Assembly (NCBI GenBank): GCA_964016885.1
Contig: OZ024743.1
Location: forward strand, 12,834,001-12,898,000
Origin: Eledone cirrhosa
Lineage: Eukaryota
Reading direction: 5' to 3'
DNA length: 64,000 bases
Shown: positions 1 to 13,976 of the stretch, piece by piece
How positions within the stretch are numbered: position 1 is the stretch's first letter
Layout of the letters: the number at the start of each line of letters is the position of its first letter
Notes under the pieces: generated by a model
What the model was told of the DNA's origin: nothing
Database searches by the model: none
Seen by the model: only the letters and a program-made list of their open reading frames with translations
Translations under genes and position numbers: made by a program

Positions 1-841
1 TGTGCGTGTGTGCAGACGTATACATAACTTGAAATGCTCTATATTTATATATTCTATATCAAATTATTGTTGTTATTTATAATATTTTTTCAATTATAAA
101 TGTCTATATCGTAGCATCATATCTGTTGAATACACCTTAACTGAATATATTTCCCACGGTTATTAGCCCGATCTCAGTTTAAATAAATAGTTGCTCCGAC
201 GCCAACTAAGCATATCTCTTCAATTACTTTAGAAAAAAGAGGATATAAGGTTTATTAATCTAAATATACTGACAAAAAACAAATCTATCATAAGCAATAT
301 ACCGCAACGAAAACATCTTTAAAAGAGCGTAATCCTTTTGTTTGGAAGTTTATACTAGTTTCGTTCAGCTTAAAATATAAAGGAAAGCGAAAAGAAGGAA
401 AGAGACTCGCTATTGTGTACAGAAAATTATGTCTGATCAAATATTTCTATTGGGTATTTATTTCTTTTATATAAAATAAACCTTTTAACCATCGATGATG
501 AATAAACGAAATAAAAAATATAAAATTACATACTAAGGAATACGATGGTTTATATATAAAAAAAAATAGAGAACTTCATTTTAATTGCAACAAATTCGAT
601 TGGGTAGTAGAAGTTTTTCATGTCTATGGGGATGGACAAGGAAGGAGCACGTAGCGTTAAATATTTTACTTGTTTATAGTAGTTCAAAACCCTTCTTACT
701 TGGGATTCAATTTCTGCTAAGCTAAGCTTGACCTTGTTTATTTATCAGTCAGGGTATTGATGAAACTAATAAATAAAATCTGTTGGTTTTGACATTAAGT
801 ATTCAGATGTTTGATTAATTGTGGTTCCTGTTCGTTGGTGT

Positions 842-1178
842 GAGAGGTTCTCAAACTTTTTGGGCCACCGTTCGCCTCACGGCGACGTAATACCCTCAGT
901 TCCTCCGAACGCTATTTCCAGAGAGACCTGTCTACACGCAAATTGTAAATAATATATAATAAACAAAATCGTTCATTTATATATAATAAATAATATGATA
1001 AATACTATATATAAATAAATAATATATATTTTTTATTTTACTATATTTATATATAATATGTATGATTTGATATTTAATATACTATTATATCATCTCTACT
1101 GCCCCCTTAGGCCCCCAGCGCCCTCTGGACCTTCTCATTGCTCCCCAGGGGTGGTAGCGCCCACTTTGAGAACCTCTG
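842..1178. mobile_element. hAT/Charlie-like MITE
   Basis: Terminal inverted repeats gAGAGGTTCTCAAA (842) and TTTGAGAACCTCTG (ends 1178), AT-rich interior, no ORF. Flanks gtgtgag and gtgtaag may be a degenerate TSD. Confidence 0.6.
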
Positions 1179-2044
1179 GTGTAAGTGGTTGATTATTTCA
1201 CAGACAAATGTATCCATAAGCCCCAGACAGAATTAGCACGACATTGTACGTAACAAGGCCGGACCTGTGATATACCATCACAGTCAGTCTTCCGTCTGCC
1301 CAGTTTTAATTACAAAGTTTGCGTCGACCCTAGGATAAGCGTAAAAACCGTGTGATTGCGAAGTGTACTTCTTAATCATTCGGTCATGCTGTGTCAATTA
1401 GTATGTCAATCAAATCTACATCACTTCTCACATACAAATAAATAAATAAACGAAATCAGTTGACCGTGCCATGTTGCCTGTTCACACTGGTAAGTGACAA
1501 AAACCAAATATAAACACTTGGACAGCAGAAATTGCGAAGCGGTTTCAATCTTCGGCTAAAGTCATTTCACTTTATTTATGTTGTGAATGATTAGGCAAAA
1601 CGTTTCATGTCAGAACTTTTATATCTTTTCTACTTAAAAAACTAGATAAAGACATTATACCTAGTTAAAAGAAAAAAAACATTCTCTGATCAGATGACGT
1701 CCAAACAACTACTTAGATGTCGTGTTTGACTACATCATTCCTATCTTCAGATAAGTCAATGCTTTTATTTCTAATTTGGCACATAGATTTCTAGATCTTC
1801 ATAACAATTATGTAAAAGACTTCGATTAAGTTCTCTAAAAGGTAACATTGGAACCTCTTTTAGTTTAAGTATTTCGATTATGTCTTCCAGTTCGATCTTT
1901 AATTAAGGTTGTTTAAAAGGGAAATGTCTCGAAAAGCGGAATAATATTATAGATAACTATTACTACTTTAAGATCAAGTCCAGTAATTTTAGGGAGGGGA
2001 AAGTTGGTTATATTACATAGTCTATTTCAACGCTATTCACAAAA

Positions 2045-2255
<211 letters not shown>

Positions 2256-4732
2256 AACTAATATTCTATCGGAGGTATCTTACTGACCTCTACCAACAAG
2301 TTCTTAAGGGAGATACACTTATACCAGAATGGTTGACATTAGCACAAACGTTACTGGTCCCCAAGAACAAAGACACCCACTTGGCAAAAAACTACCGACC
2401 CATTGCATGCCAGAACCTAATGTATAAGATGTATACAGCCTGCCTCAACCTATTCCTCCAAGATCACTGTGAAAATAATAACATCATCACAGATGAACAA
2501 GCAGCTGGAAAGAAAAGGGTTTGGGGATGTGCTGAACAACTCCTAATCAACAAAACTGCGATGTCGGAGGTGCGACAACTTAGGTGGAATATGACTACAG
2601 TCTGGCTGGACTACAAGAAAGCTTTCGATTCTGTTCCACACTCTTGGATGATAGAGGCCCTCCAACTTGCTAAAGTCCCAGACATTATTGTCAGAGCCAT
2701 AGAGAGACTGTCTTCTTCTTGGGCTACTATCCCAAGGTTATAGACAGAGAGGGAGGACTCTATTTTCATTGATAAAATAAAATATTGCAGGGGTATATTT
2801 CAGGGGGACAGTCTCTCTGTGATATTGTTCATCTTGTCATTAAACCCCTTGTCCTTTCTGCTCAAGAAATGTGAGGGATACGTCATTGGCTCACAGGAGG
2901 ACAGAAATACGAACCTAACCCATAACTTCTTTGTGGACGATCTGAAACTCTATGCCAAGAACATGGATAGGATGAAGAAAAATCTTGACCTGGTTACAAC
3001 GTTCACAAAGGATATAGGAATGGAGTTTGGCCAAGATAAATGCTCATACATGACTGTAAAGCGGGGAAAAACAACAACCCAATCTAGCAACATTGTCATC
3101 AACAGTCTAACTGTTTCACCGATATCTGATGAGGACTGCTACAGATACCTGGGGATAGATGAGAACATATCCTATAATGGTATCTGTAATAAAGAACGCG
3201 TAACCAGGGAATACTACATCCGATTAAGAAAGATCTGGTCATCGGAACTCTCTGCGCAAAACAAAACAGTGGCTCACAATGTGTTTGCTGTACCTGTCCT
3301 AACACCAACGTATGGAATACTCAATTGGACGATAGACGAAATCCGAGCAGTTGATGTTGGAACTCGAAAAATACTGAACAACACCGGAAACTTCCACATC
3401 AACAGTGACATAAACCGCCTTTACTTGAAAAACGTAGGCAGGGAGGCAGAGGCCTAACATCAGTCCAGACAACATTTGAATGTCGCATCATATCTCTCCG
3501 ACAACATCTACGAACCTCGAAGCGTAGAAGCCCGCTTCTCGAGCAAGTCTATCTGCATGAAACAGATAAGATCATGAGAGTTGGGAAGGAACTCCTTGAG
3601 AGATATTCCCTGTGTGATAATCAAAAACTCACACCCAGGGATGTCGCTCAGCAGTATCGCAGTGAATCCATGGATGAAAAACTGCATGCCTATCAGCAAA
3701 AAATCATGCATGGATATGTTGCCAGGAAGCTCCAGAGTGAGAGTAATATAGATAAGGAAAGTAGTCTATCTTGGACCAACAACCGCTATATTGGCTCCCA
3801 CTTTGAAGGATACGCTTTTGCAATCCAAGAACAAGAGAGTAGCACGAAATACCTGATTCACACAAGAGATAGGGATGCAGGCAAAACACCTAGATGTGAT
3901 AACAAGTGCAGACTCTGCAGAACTAACATCGAGGATATCACCCATGTCATCAGCAGCTGCCCAAAGATGTCATCGCGGTACTATCTACCTATGAGGCATG
4001 ATGTAGTGGCCAAAACACTGTACAATGCAGTTCGTAAAAAAGATAGCCCCGATGATAAACACATTAAAAGCTACAACAATGTGGAAGACATCCATGTACA
4101 TAATATGAAAGAGTACTGGTGGAATGTTCCAGTAAAAACCCCAATAAAATGCAGGCATAACAGACCAGATATTATGATATGGGACAGGGAGAAGAAAACA
4201 TGCACAGTAGTGGAAATTAGCTGCCCAGCAGATGCCAATATAATATCAAAGATTAGTGAAAAGGAGAATATTTATGCAGAACTGATGAGAAATCTGCAGA
4301 TACTCCACCCTGATTACACCTTCAGATTTATGCCTGTGATTATTGGGGCACTGGGATATGTTAGTAACTGCCTCAATACAAATCTTGAGAAGCTAGGCTT
4401 CACAGGAACAGAAGGAACACAACTAGTTAGGAAATTACAAGTACAATCCATTAATGGAACAGTAAAAATATGTAAAACATTCCAAACATTTTGCATCTAA
4501 TAACTGCATATACACATGTACAGATACAAAGCATATACACATGCACACATACAACTCAAAACATCCACATCCACACATACAATAACATCCATATCTACAC
4601 ATGCAAGCATGCAGACATGCATATCTACCTAGTTGTTGATGTGTAAATTCCAATGAGAGAGTCTTGTGTCTATATTAGAAACCGACTCTCTCTCTATTGG
4701 TAAAACTTTGTGAAATTATAAAACCAGAAGAA
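2256..4732 (+). mobile_element. 5'-truncated R4/Dong-clade non-LTR retrotransposon (RT + CCHC + RLE)
   Basis: RT motifs NYRPIAC, WLDYKKAFDSVPH, GIFQGDSLS and FFVDDLKLY. C-terminal CRLC..E...H..SSC zinc knuckle, RHD, RPDIMIWD and VEISCP (PD-(D/E)xK nuclease). Homology to the minus-strand copy starts at ~2256. (CATA)n lies on both sides. Confidence 0.92.
2333..4500 (+). pseudogene. R4/Dong RT-RLE ORF, disrupted
   Basis: ORF pieces 2333-2743, 2819-3457 and 3574-4500 are separated by a TAG at 2741 (AAG in the other copy) and frameshifts near 2765 and 3430. Confidence 0.88.
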
Positions 4733-5070
<338 letters not shown>

Positions 5071-5124
5071 AAAAAAAAAATTAGAAAAAGTTTCGTTTAC
5101 ATTTATTTATGTTGTTATTGTGTA

Positions 5125-5265
5125 TCGACATGTTCCGCACATTTCACAGAGGATTGGCTCAAGGTCACTCCATGGAAGTTATGGACCCGACTTCAATATT
5201 GATCTGCTCGCCAGATTGTTGATTCAACAAAAAATAAAGTGTTTCTGGTGATCGCTGAGATATTG
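5125..5265 (-). repeat. dispersed repeat family with degenerate long-stem-II hammerhead motif (copy 1)
   Basis: Similar to 10000-10140 (shared ctcaaggtcac...atggaagttatgga...aataaagtg). Minus strand reads CTGGCGA gcaga...tctgt GAAAT gtgc GGA. Confidence 0.55.
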
Positions 5266-5527
5266 TGTATATATATATAGGATATATATTTTTCTCAATT
5301 TGTCTAGGGTTTTAATGTATCTGACGATACAAGAGAGATGTAATATTATCTGTTAATGTGGTTTAGTCATTTGTATGCTCAGATCTTAGTATATGGATTT
5401 GTTCTTATATACTATAACGCAACTTAATGACATTTTTTATTTAGTATATTCTTCACATTTCATTTCTTGAAACATGTGTATGTCTAATAATGATGTGTTA
5501 AATTCCTTCATAATTCCTCTATTTATT

Positions 5528-5560
5528 ACACACACACACACACACACGCACGCACGCATG

Positions 5561-5650
<90 letters not shown>
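5528..5650. repeat. (CA)n microsatellite
   Basis: Directly visible. Confidence 0.95.
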
Positions 5651-5652
<2 letters not shown>

Positions 5653-6524
5653 TTTAACAATAAATAAATATACAAGGTCTCATAAAAGGGAAGATGCGAT
5701 GCTCAACGATGAATCAGATCATACAGAATCTTCTCCAACTGACCTTTGATCAGGTTAATGTCTTCTGTTTGGTTCATGCTCACGGATTGTGAAAGCGAAT
5801 ATTTTTAGATGCTACTTAAGGCTGGAATGTATATAGTTAAATCGATTTGAAGAACTACCATTAACATTACATAGAAAATTCAAATCACGTGGCAATACAT
5901 TTATTGCCTGACACAGACACAAATCACCCAGTTACTATTACTTCTCTCAATGGATAGGTCGTCTAAGAAGACAATAAATATAACAATAAGAACAATAATA
6001 ACTGAAGACACGGAAGCAAAAACAGTAACAAAACAAAACGGTTGCAATAATTACATCACAATACCACGTATCCAATAACAATCATTCTGAGGTAACGAAG
6101 AAGCTTTTTACATAGGCGCTAGAAATGCTAGAAATAGCAGCCTAATTGCACTTATGTCTCTGTCTACCACCCGCAAAAAAAAGAAGACATATTTGATAAT
6201 ATGATCATAGAGTGTGTCTGATAAAAAATAAAATAAGATAAAATAAATAAAATAAGTTAAGATAAGATGTTAACAGGTGGATAGACTTTGATTATAACTC
6301 TGCTTGATTAAGGTTGATATGGGGGTAAATGACAAAATGAACAGAAACTACATTCACAGCAATTGGGATCCTACTTCGACTGAAAACATTAATTTTAGTA
6401 GGAATGAGTAGGATTAAATTCTAACAGAGCATGTTTCTGTAGTGTTTTCGATCTCAGCGAGATTTGAAGTGTAACATTATTGGGACAAACCTAAGTAGAA
6501 AATAAAACGAGCTTTTAGTATTTA

Positions 6525-6686
6525 TAGACCTGTCAACTCTCCCAGTCCGACAGGGTGGTGGGGTGGTGAGAGACGTCTCCTCTTGTGGAAATGGGTATAG
6601 CTTTCATTATTTAAAATCTTATCATTTTGCCTTATTTCTTTTTTTCCTGGTACTCCCCGTTTGGGGTTTTAAAGGTCGGCAGGTCT
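6525..6686 (+). mobile_element. short MITE (hAT/Tip100-like TIR), copy 1
   Basis: Begins AGACCTGTCAAC and ends GTCGGCAGGTCTG. Interior matches the reverse complement of 6872-7038 (aaatgggtatagctttcattat, ccccgtttgggg). Confidence 0.6.
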
Positions 6687-6871
6687 GTATATAACTCAGA
6701 TATGCCTATAGTATAAATTTGGATAAGTTAAGCGTGATGTACGCAAAGCATTCATAATTAATTGAAGTTGGAGAAATAAATAAAAACAATACTGCGACAC
6801 TCAAAAGAAGGGGAAGGGGTAATTTCAATAAACTATTAATTAAACGCTCAAAGGTAATCTACATGCTTAGT

Positions 6872-7038
6872 GCAGACCTGTCAATCTCTAAAAACCCTAA
6901 AACCATGAAAAAATAAAGTGCCCCCAAACGGGGAGAAATGAGGCAAGATGGGGAGATTTTACATAATGAAAGCTATACCCATTTTCACAAAAGTGGGTGC
7001 GAGATCTCCCCATCCGAAGAGGAGAGTTGACAGTCCTG
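6872..7038 (-). mobile_element. short MITE (hAT/Tip100-like TIR), copy 2, inverted relative to copy 1
   Basis: CAGACCTGTCAA at 6872 and GTTGACAGTCCTG at the right end. Confidence 0.6.
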
Positions 7039-7702
7039 TTAGTGTAGTCTTGACTTAATTTGTAAGCATGTGTCAAGTATGGACATGTTTCAGTCTATTA
7101 GCCTTCAGTTGCATAGTGCAACCTATCGAAGCCTGCCTGATCTGTTGAAATACCTTTACATATAAGAAGTATGTAATTTAAATTCTAGCATCAAATTTTC
7201 TTAAAATATTCTTTCTTTTTCTTTCAAATTTCCAAACAATCGTCGCTTGGTTCGTGCTTTCTTAATCAAATTAAACGGTATATTTCTATTAAAAATTTGT
7301 TTGCGTATGATGGCACCCAGTATACCCCTCTTTAAATTATTTATTGAAGTTTATGCTATCGATCCAGTTAAATTATTTTTCCTTAGCTCATTATATTTTA
7401 ACATTTTTTCTACAAATAAAAACCTTTGTCAACTTCAGCGAGGCTTGAATAGACTATAGTACACTGATGACGTCTAGCCGACTAAAACATGCCAATAATT
7501 GTGCTTCGTCTGCAGTTAAATATCAGACATTACTCTAAGCATGTAAATTAACTTTAACGATTAATTCCTAATTTATGGAAAAGAGAGATATTTCCTTTAA
7601 TTTAGGATATATTTTGTGTACGGCTTTTCGTATATCACTCCTTGAATTATTTATCGAAAATTAAATAACAATCTTTCAGTCATTTCTTGTGCTCTATGAA
7701 CT

Positions 7703-7891
7703 AATAATTGTTTCTACTTTTGGCACAAGGCCAGCAATTACGCAGTGCATTACTGGTACTTTATTTTATCGACCTCGTAAGGATGAAAGGCAAAGTTAAC
7801 CTCGGCGGGATTTGAACTCAGACAATAAATGGCCGTAACTCTTTGCTGTAAAGCACGGCGTCCGACCCTCTACCGATACTGCCAATCCACC
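7703..7891 (-). mobile_element. tRNA-derived SINE, family A
   Basis: Minus strand: A-box-like TGGCAGTATCGG, B-box GAGTTCAAATCC, core TTTGCCTTTCATCCTTACG.GGTCGATAAAATAAAGTACCAG, tail CCTTGTGCC...TAGAAACAATTATT. Repeated many times in the window. Confidence 0.85.
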
Positions 7892-8262
7892 ATTGATTAG
7901 TAACATATGCACAAAACCTTCAATATTTGGAAAGAGTATAATCGATTAAATGCAGTCCTGAGTTAGTAATAGAAAATTATATATATTGAATATAATGTAC
8001 AATGAACTGCGAAAATCTGCAGAACATCGAACATAATCGCTCACGTTATTTGTTCCGGATCTCTGTGCTCTGAATTGGAATACCGCCAAAGTCAACATAG
8101 AATTTCACCGTTTAAACATCGCCGTTAAATTATGTATTAGTTTAGTACGGGGCATTGGCCGAATTGTTAAAGCGTTAGGTGAGATGGCCGCGGTATTTGT
8201 TCCAGCTCTTTGTCACTTGCAACAAAACTGATGCTAAAATGTATCGGATTTGATTTTCCTTT

Positions 8263-8687
8263 ACACACACACACACACACATACACACACACACAACACA
8301 CAACGCACACACATACACACACACATACACACACAACAGACACACACAACACACACACATACACATACACAACGCACACACATACACACACAACACACAC
8401 AACACACACACACAACACAACACACACACACAACACAACACACACACACACACACAACGCACACATACACACACACACACTCACAACACACACACACAAC
8501 ACACACAACACACACAACACACAAACACACACACACAACACAACACACACACACACACACAACACACACATACATACAACACACACAACACACAAACACA
8601 CACACACAACACAACACACACACACACAACACACACACACACACACACACACACAACACACACACACACATACAACAAAACAAACAA
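8263..8687. repeat. degenerate (CA)n/(CACAA)n microsatellite
   Basis: Directly visible. Confidence 0.9.
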
Positions 8688-9297
8688 ATTGTGCAGACTT
8701 GCGTCTCAGAGATAAATATTCGAGGAGTAGATCCATAGTTTCTTGTAATATATAGTGACCTCAGATGTCTTGTATGAGGGCTTGTATTTAGTTATATATC
8801 GGTAGTCTGCATTCTGGTTTCAAATTCCAATGATTTAATCTCTGTACTCCTACACGCCTGTCAAGTTTAACAATAAATGTTACATCTTCCATAAAAGCAG
8901 CGGCAAAATCAATTTAGCTTAGGTTCTGAGTTCAGATTCAGCTGCTTGTCAACTTTGCATTTCCTCATTTCCGGGCAGCTAAAATAAAGTACCAGTTAAG
9001 TATTGGAGTCAATTAAATCGACATACCCTTCACCGTAGTATACTGGCAATGTTAGAAATCAATATTATATCTTCTATAGCTGAACGAAATACCCTAAGCA
9101 TAATGGTAGCATTATGATTTACAAGGCAAATGCATTATTATTCTTAAGTCGCTGTAACAATCTTGATGGATCTTTAAATGGATGTCGTTTTGCATTGTAG
9201 GTGGGAATTTAGAAATCATTTATTCATTTAGTTTCAAGTCACATAGAAGAAAAGGAAAAAAAAAGCTAAATGATAGACCATCACGCACACACGTTTT

Positions 9298-9340
<43 letters not shown>

Positions 9341-9825
9341 TGATAGATACATGTATATATATATGCATATATATATATATATATATACGCACACACACTT
9401 AGATAAATATGCACACAAGAACACGCGCTCAATCTTTATCTCCCTTCAAATAACTGGCTCTGTTTCTTCGTCTTCCATTTTTCTTTGTTTAAACAGGAGA
9501 TATTTCTAAAATGGAATGCTAAGTGGAATCTCTATTGGAGTTCTATCAGACACTATCTTCAAATATGAGTGGATTACTTTGCATTCATTTCTTTAGAATG
9601 CGCCAGTTCTATAAATGATTATATGATAAATAAATAAATATATAAATTGAATATCTTTTGCTAATAGATTAGTAATGGGTAGAGGGCTCGTGAATTCACT
9701 TTTATTTATAGGTACTGCGTTGGATGTTTGAAAGAAATACACAGAGCAGAACTTTCTAAGATGGCTATAAACTCTTTTCATTCTTAAGGAGTTGAGCAAA
9801 TAAGTACCGGTGATATGTAGTTAAT

Positions 9826-9931
<106 letters not shown>

Positions 9932-9999
9932 GTGTGTGTGTGAGCAATAAGTAAACAAAATCAAAGTTTCGTTTACATGTATTTATGTTTTTATTGAGT

Positions 10000-10140
10000 C
10001 GTGACAAGTTACGCACGTTTCGAACATGATTTGCTCAAGGTCACCTATGGAAGTTATGGATTCGACTTTAGCATCGATCTGTTCATCAAACTGGTGATTA
10101 AAAAAATAAAGTGTCTGTGGTGCTCGGTAAAATATTGGGT
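10000..10140 (-). repeat. dispersed repeat family with degenerate long-stem-II hammerhead motif (copy 2)
   Basis: Minus strand reads tTGATGA aca...~70 nt...tgttc GAAAC gtgc GTA. Homologous to 5125-5265; its 3' half also matches 35352-35385. Confidence 0.55.
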
Positions 10141-10297
10141 CTGTCTGGCAATGCCGATAGCGGACGCCTGGTTGAGCAACAACACTTCCGGTCCTCCCCC
10201 GCCTCAACACGTAATACGTACATATATATTCACAATAGAATATACAGGCATAAACACACACACACGCACACATACATATATATATATATATATATAA

Positions 10298-10380
10298 ATC
10301 GTGAAGTTGCGAGTTCGATTCCCGGACCGGGCGATGCGTTATGTCTTTGAGCAAGACACTTTATTTCACGCTGCTCCTTC
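10298..10380 (+). mobile_element. tRNA-derived SINE, family B (CORE/V-like), fragment
   Basis: B-box GAGTTCGATTCC followed by TTGAGCAAGACACTTTATTTCACG. Same family at 31590 and 37205. Confidence 0.7.
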
Positions 10381-12862
10381 TACCTGAAGTTGCGACCGAT
10401 AGATAGTATTAGCTATTGGAAACCAATGGAAACATTGTTTCCTCGGTCGGTCCGATTTGACGAAAGCCGATCGACTGTCTACATATATATATATAGAGAG
10501 AGAGATACAAGTAGACATGCCTAACATTCAAACATTTACTTACTTATGCACACACACACACAAAAAGAAATAGGGCCGATTTTTATATATACCCAGCATT
10601 ATACTGATCCTCACAAATACATCATTTTTCTTGTTGAATCACCACACACAGAAATACACATACGCACACATACACACACATACACACACATACACACACA
10701 CACACACACAGATACAGACAGAGATACATACACACATATATATTCCGCTTTTCTCGAAAACACATAAATACTCTCCCTCACACCTCTGTCTTTGTTATGC
10801 TGTTATTAAATTAATTCATTTCGCTTGCATGTCCTTGAACTAGTTATTCAATTCCCAGACCTGCCACCCGTTCTCTTGTTTTCCTATCATATTGAACATG
10901 TTAATATCCTCACACCTAGCGTTTGTATCTACACCCTCCAAGTCTTCCAGCTATCTGGGGAGGCTATGTGTACGATTCTCTTTTTCCTTTTCCTCGTGAC
11001 TAAAGTTTTAATAAAATAAAGTAACCACAGTTGTTATTACATGGTTTTGCTCAAATATAGACAAATTATGTGAGAGTAGTAAAGAAAACCGTTAGAATGC
11101 AATTACTCTTCGCTTTATTGTTTTTCACACAAAGTGTAAATTCTTACACTGAAGTGAGATTTCGTACTCAGTTATTATCTACTCTTAGAGAATCAATATT
11201 CTGCTGATATGTTGTATTTTACTTTTTTCACTCTTTATTTAAAGACTCTTCACACCAAGTCGACTTAGATATTATTAGCAATATCTAGCATGTTGAATTG
11301 CGGCATGGTCTGGTCTATAGAGCAACAGATAAGCATTCGAGAAATTAGGAGTTCGTGCTGTGTTGAGTCTACAGTGAATCAAGACACTAAACTTTCATTT
11401 GGAGAGATTGCGTGACGTTCAATCTCATACATATTAATCCAACATTGCTCCTCGTCCTTTCCTGTTTCTTCGACCCTCAACTCTTGAAAGAGATTTAGCG
11501 GGAACCATCATACTATACGATGAGTCTTGGGCATTTTAGACCTGGCAGACCCATCCCTTTCCAGGTCGGACCACAGTCAATCCTTTTTAGAGACCTCGTC
11601 TATAGTTGAACCCAAAATGCAATGAGCCGAAACGAATACCGCGAACATTTTATCGGACTTTCTAACGACTCCACCATCTCACCGCTTTGACACAACATGT
11701 GAATTGACCCACTGGTGAATTGGCAGAAAGTTAGGGTGTCGAGACAGGGGGATGTTGCTTTCCATCATTTCGGCGTCGATAAATATAGTACCCCTCCAGG
11801 GTGGTAGATTAGTGGAATTGCTAGAACACTGGTTGAAATTCTTTGCTATATCTTTTCCGTCTTTATGCGTTTTCAATTCAAAATTTTACCTCCTGCCATC
11901 AGGAAAATAGTGACATAATATGACTGAGGCATCTGTCACTAAAATACGTCATAAAACATCCTATGAAACGTAGCTTCCTAATAGGTCAGCTAAATCTATG
12001 GTACGAGCCGTAACTAAAAAATATATATATATATATCTGCCTGCTACAGGCGAGCATCCTATCTAAGGGAAGATGTATCTCTTATTTATTTAAGGAGATA
12101 CACACCAGAACGTATGGAACCATGTGCTTCTTTTTCGAAGCATTTATGTTATCAATGCCGAAGGTACAAAGAGCAGTTGACTTCTGACAGGGCTCATTAT
12201 CAAAGAACTTCATTATTTACGATAAAATTATACGAAAAAATACTTCTTGAGTAGAAGAAATAAAATCTTAGATTTAAAAGTAAAAAGTGAATGTGAATCA
12301 TATATTTAAATTAGGAATCGAAATTGGATTGTACTCAACAGTAGCTGATAAACAACTCGTAACACCTAATTCTTTAGTTAGTAACCACACCAACTATTCA
12401 TATTTTACACGTGTCTCGCGTACCACACTGGGTCATACACGTTTGCTTTGTGATTTTATTTTATATACGTTATCAAGGGCTTAATATTGATACTCTACAC
12501 TACATAAACTTTTTCCCTGTTACAACACAATGTTTGGAGATCTTACCCCATCCTGGCAATACTTATGGTAGAATGTAAATACAGTATTACAATCAGTCGG
12601 AAACCTTTGTCATTTAAACAGTAACTTCGTCGTTTATTTTGTAGGGGGAAAACCCTGAACACTCCGGTATAAATAAAAGTAGACTAGGCGAAATGTCTAT
12701 AAATAAAAACTGAAGTGAACTGTCAGTTAGACTGTGTATACGTAGTCTCTCGTTGATAGTTCAAAATTACCCCTGGTGAATAATTTGGTTTTTACCATCG
12801 TTCGAGCAGATATACAAAACAGGTGTATCACACCATTATAACAGTTTATATATATATATATA

Positions 12863-13110
12863 AGGGATAACAAATTATCGTTATAGGTAATCCAGTTAGA
12901 GGTTGTGAATACTCTGTATTGTGGATAGTTTTAGCGTACGGTGTTGTTTGACTCAACAAGAGGTTTCCTTAGGTAGCGAGTTTATGAGTTCTCGGGAATT
13001 CCTATGTAAGTTAATCTTGGAGTAATAATAGTGAAAGAGTGAAAAATAACATAGTCATCAGTACAAGAAGGGTTTTATTTACAGTATTAACAATTGTTTC
13101 ATTGATTAAG
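12863..13110 (+). repeat. (TA)n-adjacent dispersed repeat, probable Penelope-like element tail
   Basis: Inverted homolog at 14768-15147 and a related copy at 35137-35290. The reverse strand carries a hammerhead 3' half, GAAAC-AATT-GTT. Confidence 0.65.
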
Positions 13111-13800
13111 TTGTCTTAAAATTGCTAGTCACTTGAAGTTGTGTCACTCAATTTTAAATACGATGTATGCTTAACCAAATCATCAAAAAAAAAACCTCCG
13201 GCTTCGGAAACATCCGATAATTTTGACCAGTTCTCCTTTTCGAGTAGTGTTTACGATGCTAAGATAGTGGGATTGGTCAAGTGCAAGGCCTTTCACCACT
13301 TAAAAAACCTTCAAAGCACAGGCATTGCTTGTTCATGATATGTTATAGGTTTGTGTGGCTGCCCGTAGTATAAAGTGCACCATTTTCTGTAATCTCACAA
13401 GCGATTGCAATACTCTTAGCAGAGTTTACAGCCACCATATATATATAGCAATTGGTGAACAATTGTGTCGTTGGTTACATGTTATCAACGGGCCATCACC
13501 TAGCCACAGCAGTTATGACGACAAGAATGACAGAGTGGCCTGTATCTCAAAGCTGAACACATATAGCAAGGATGTTAGTTCGTAAGCCACTTGCTTTTCG
13601 ATTTACACAATGATTTAAATATATATATATATATATATCATTCACCGATATAGTATCAGTGGATACACCTCATATGAGTCTAGTCTTTTATATATGAAGG
13701 AATATTGTACCCTCCATTGATTACATAGACGTAGACACACACACACACGCATATGTATGTATATGTGTATATATATATGTCTGTATATATATATATGTAA

Positions 13801-13833
<33 letters not shown>

Positions 13834-13932
13834 TATATACACATATATATATACATATATACATATGTATATATATATGTATATATACATATATATATAT
13901 GTATATATATGTATATATATATAAAAATGTAT

Positions 13933-13969
<37 letters not shown>

Positions 13970-13976
<7 letters not shown>

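Noticed and set aside
13141-13610. Unique-looking segment with short ORFs
   Set aside because: No recognisable motif on either strand, so I could not assign it.
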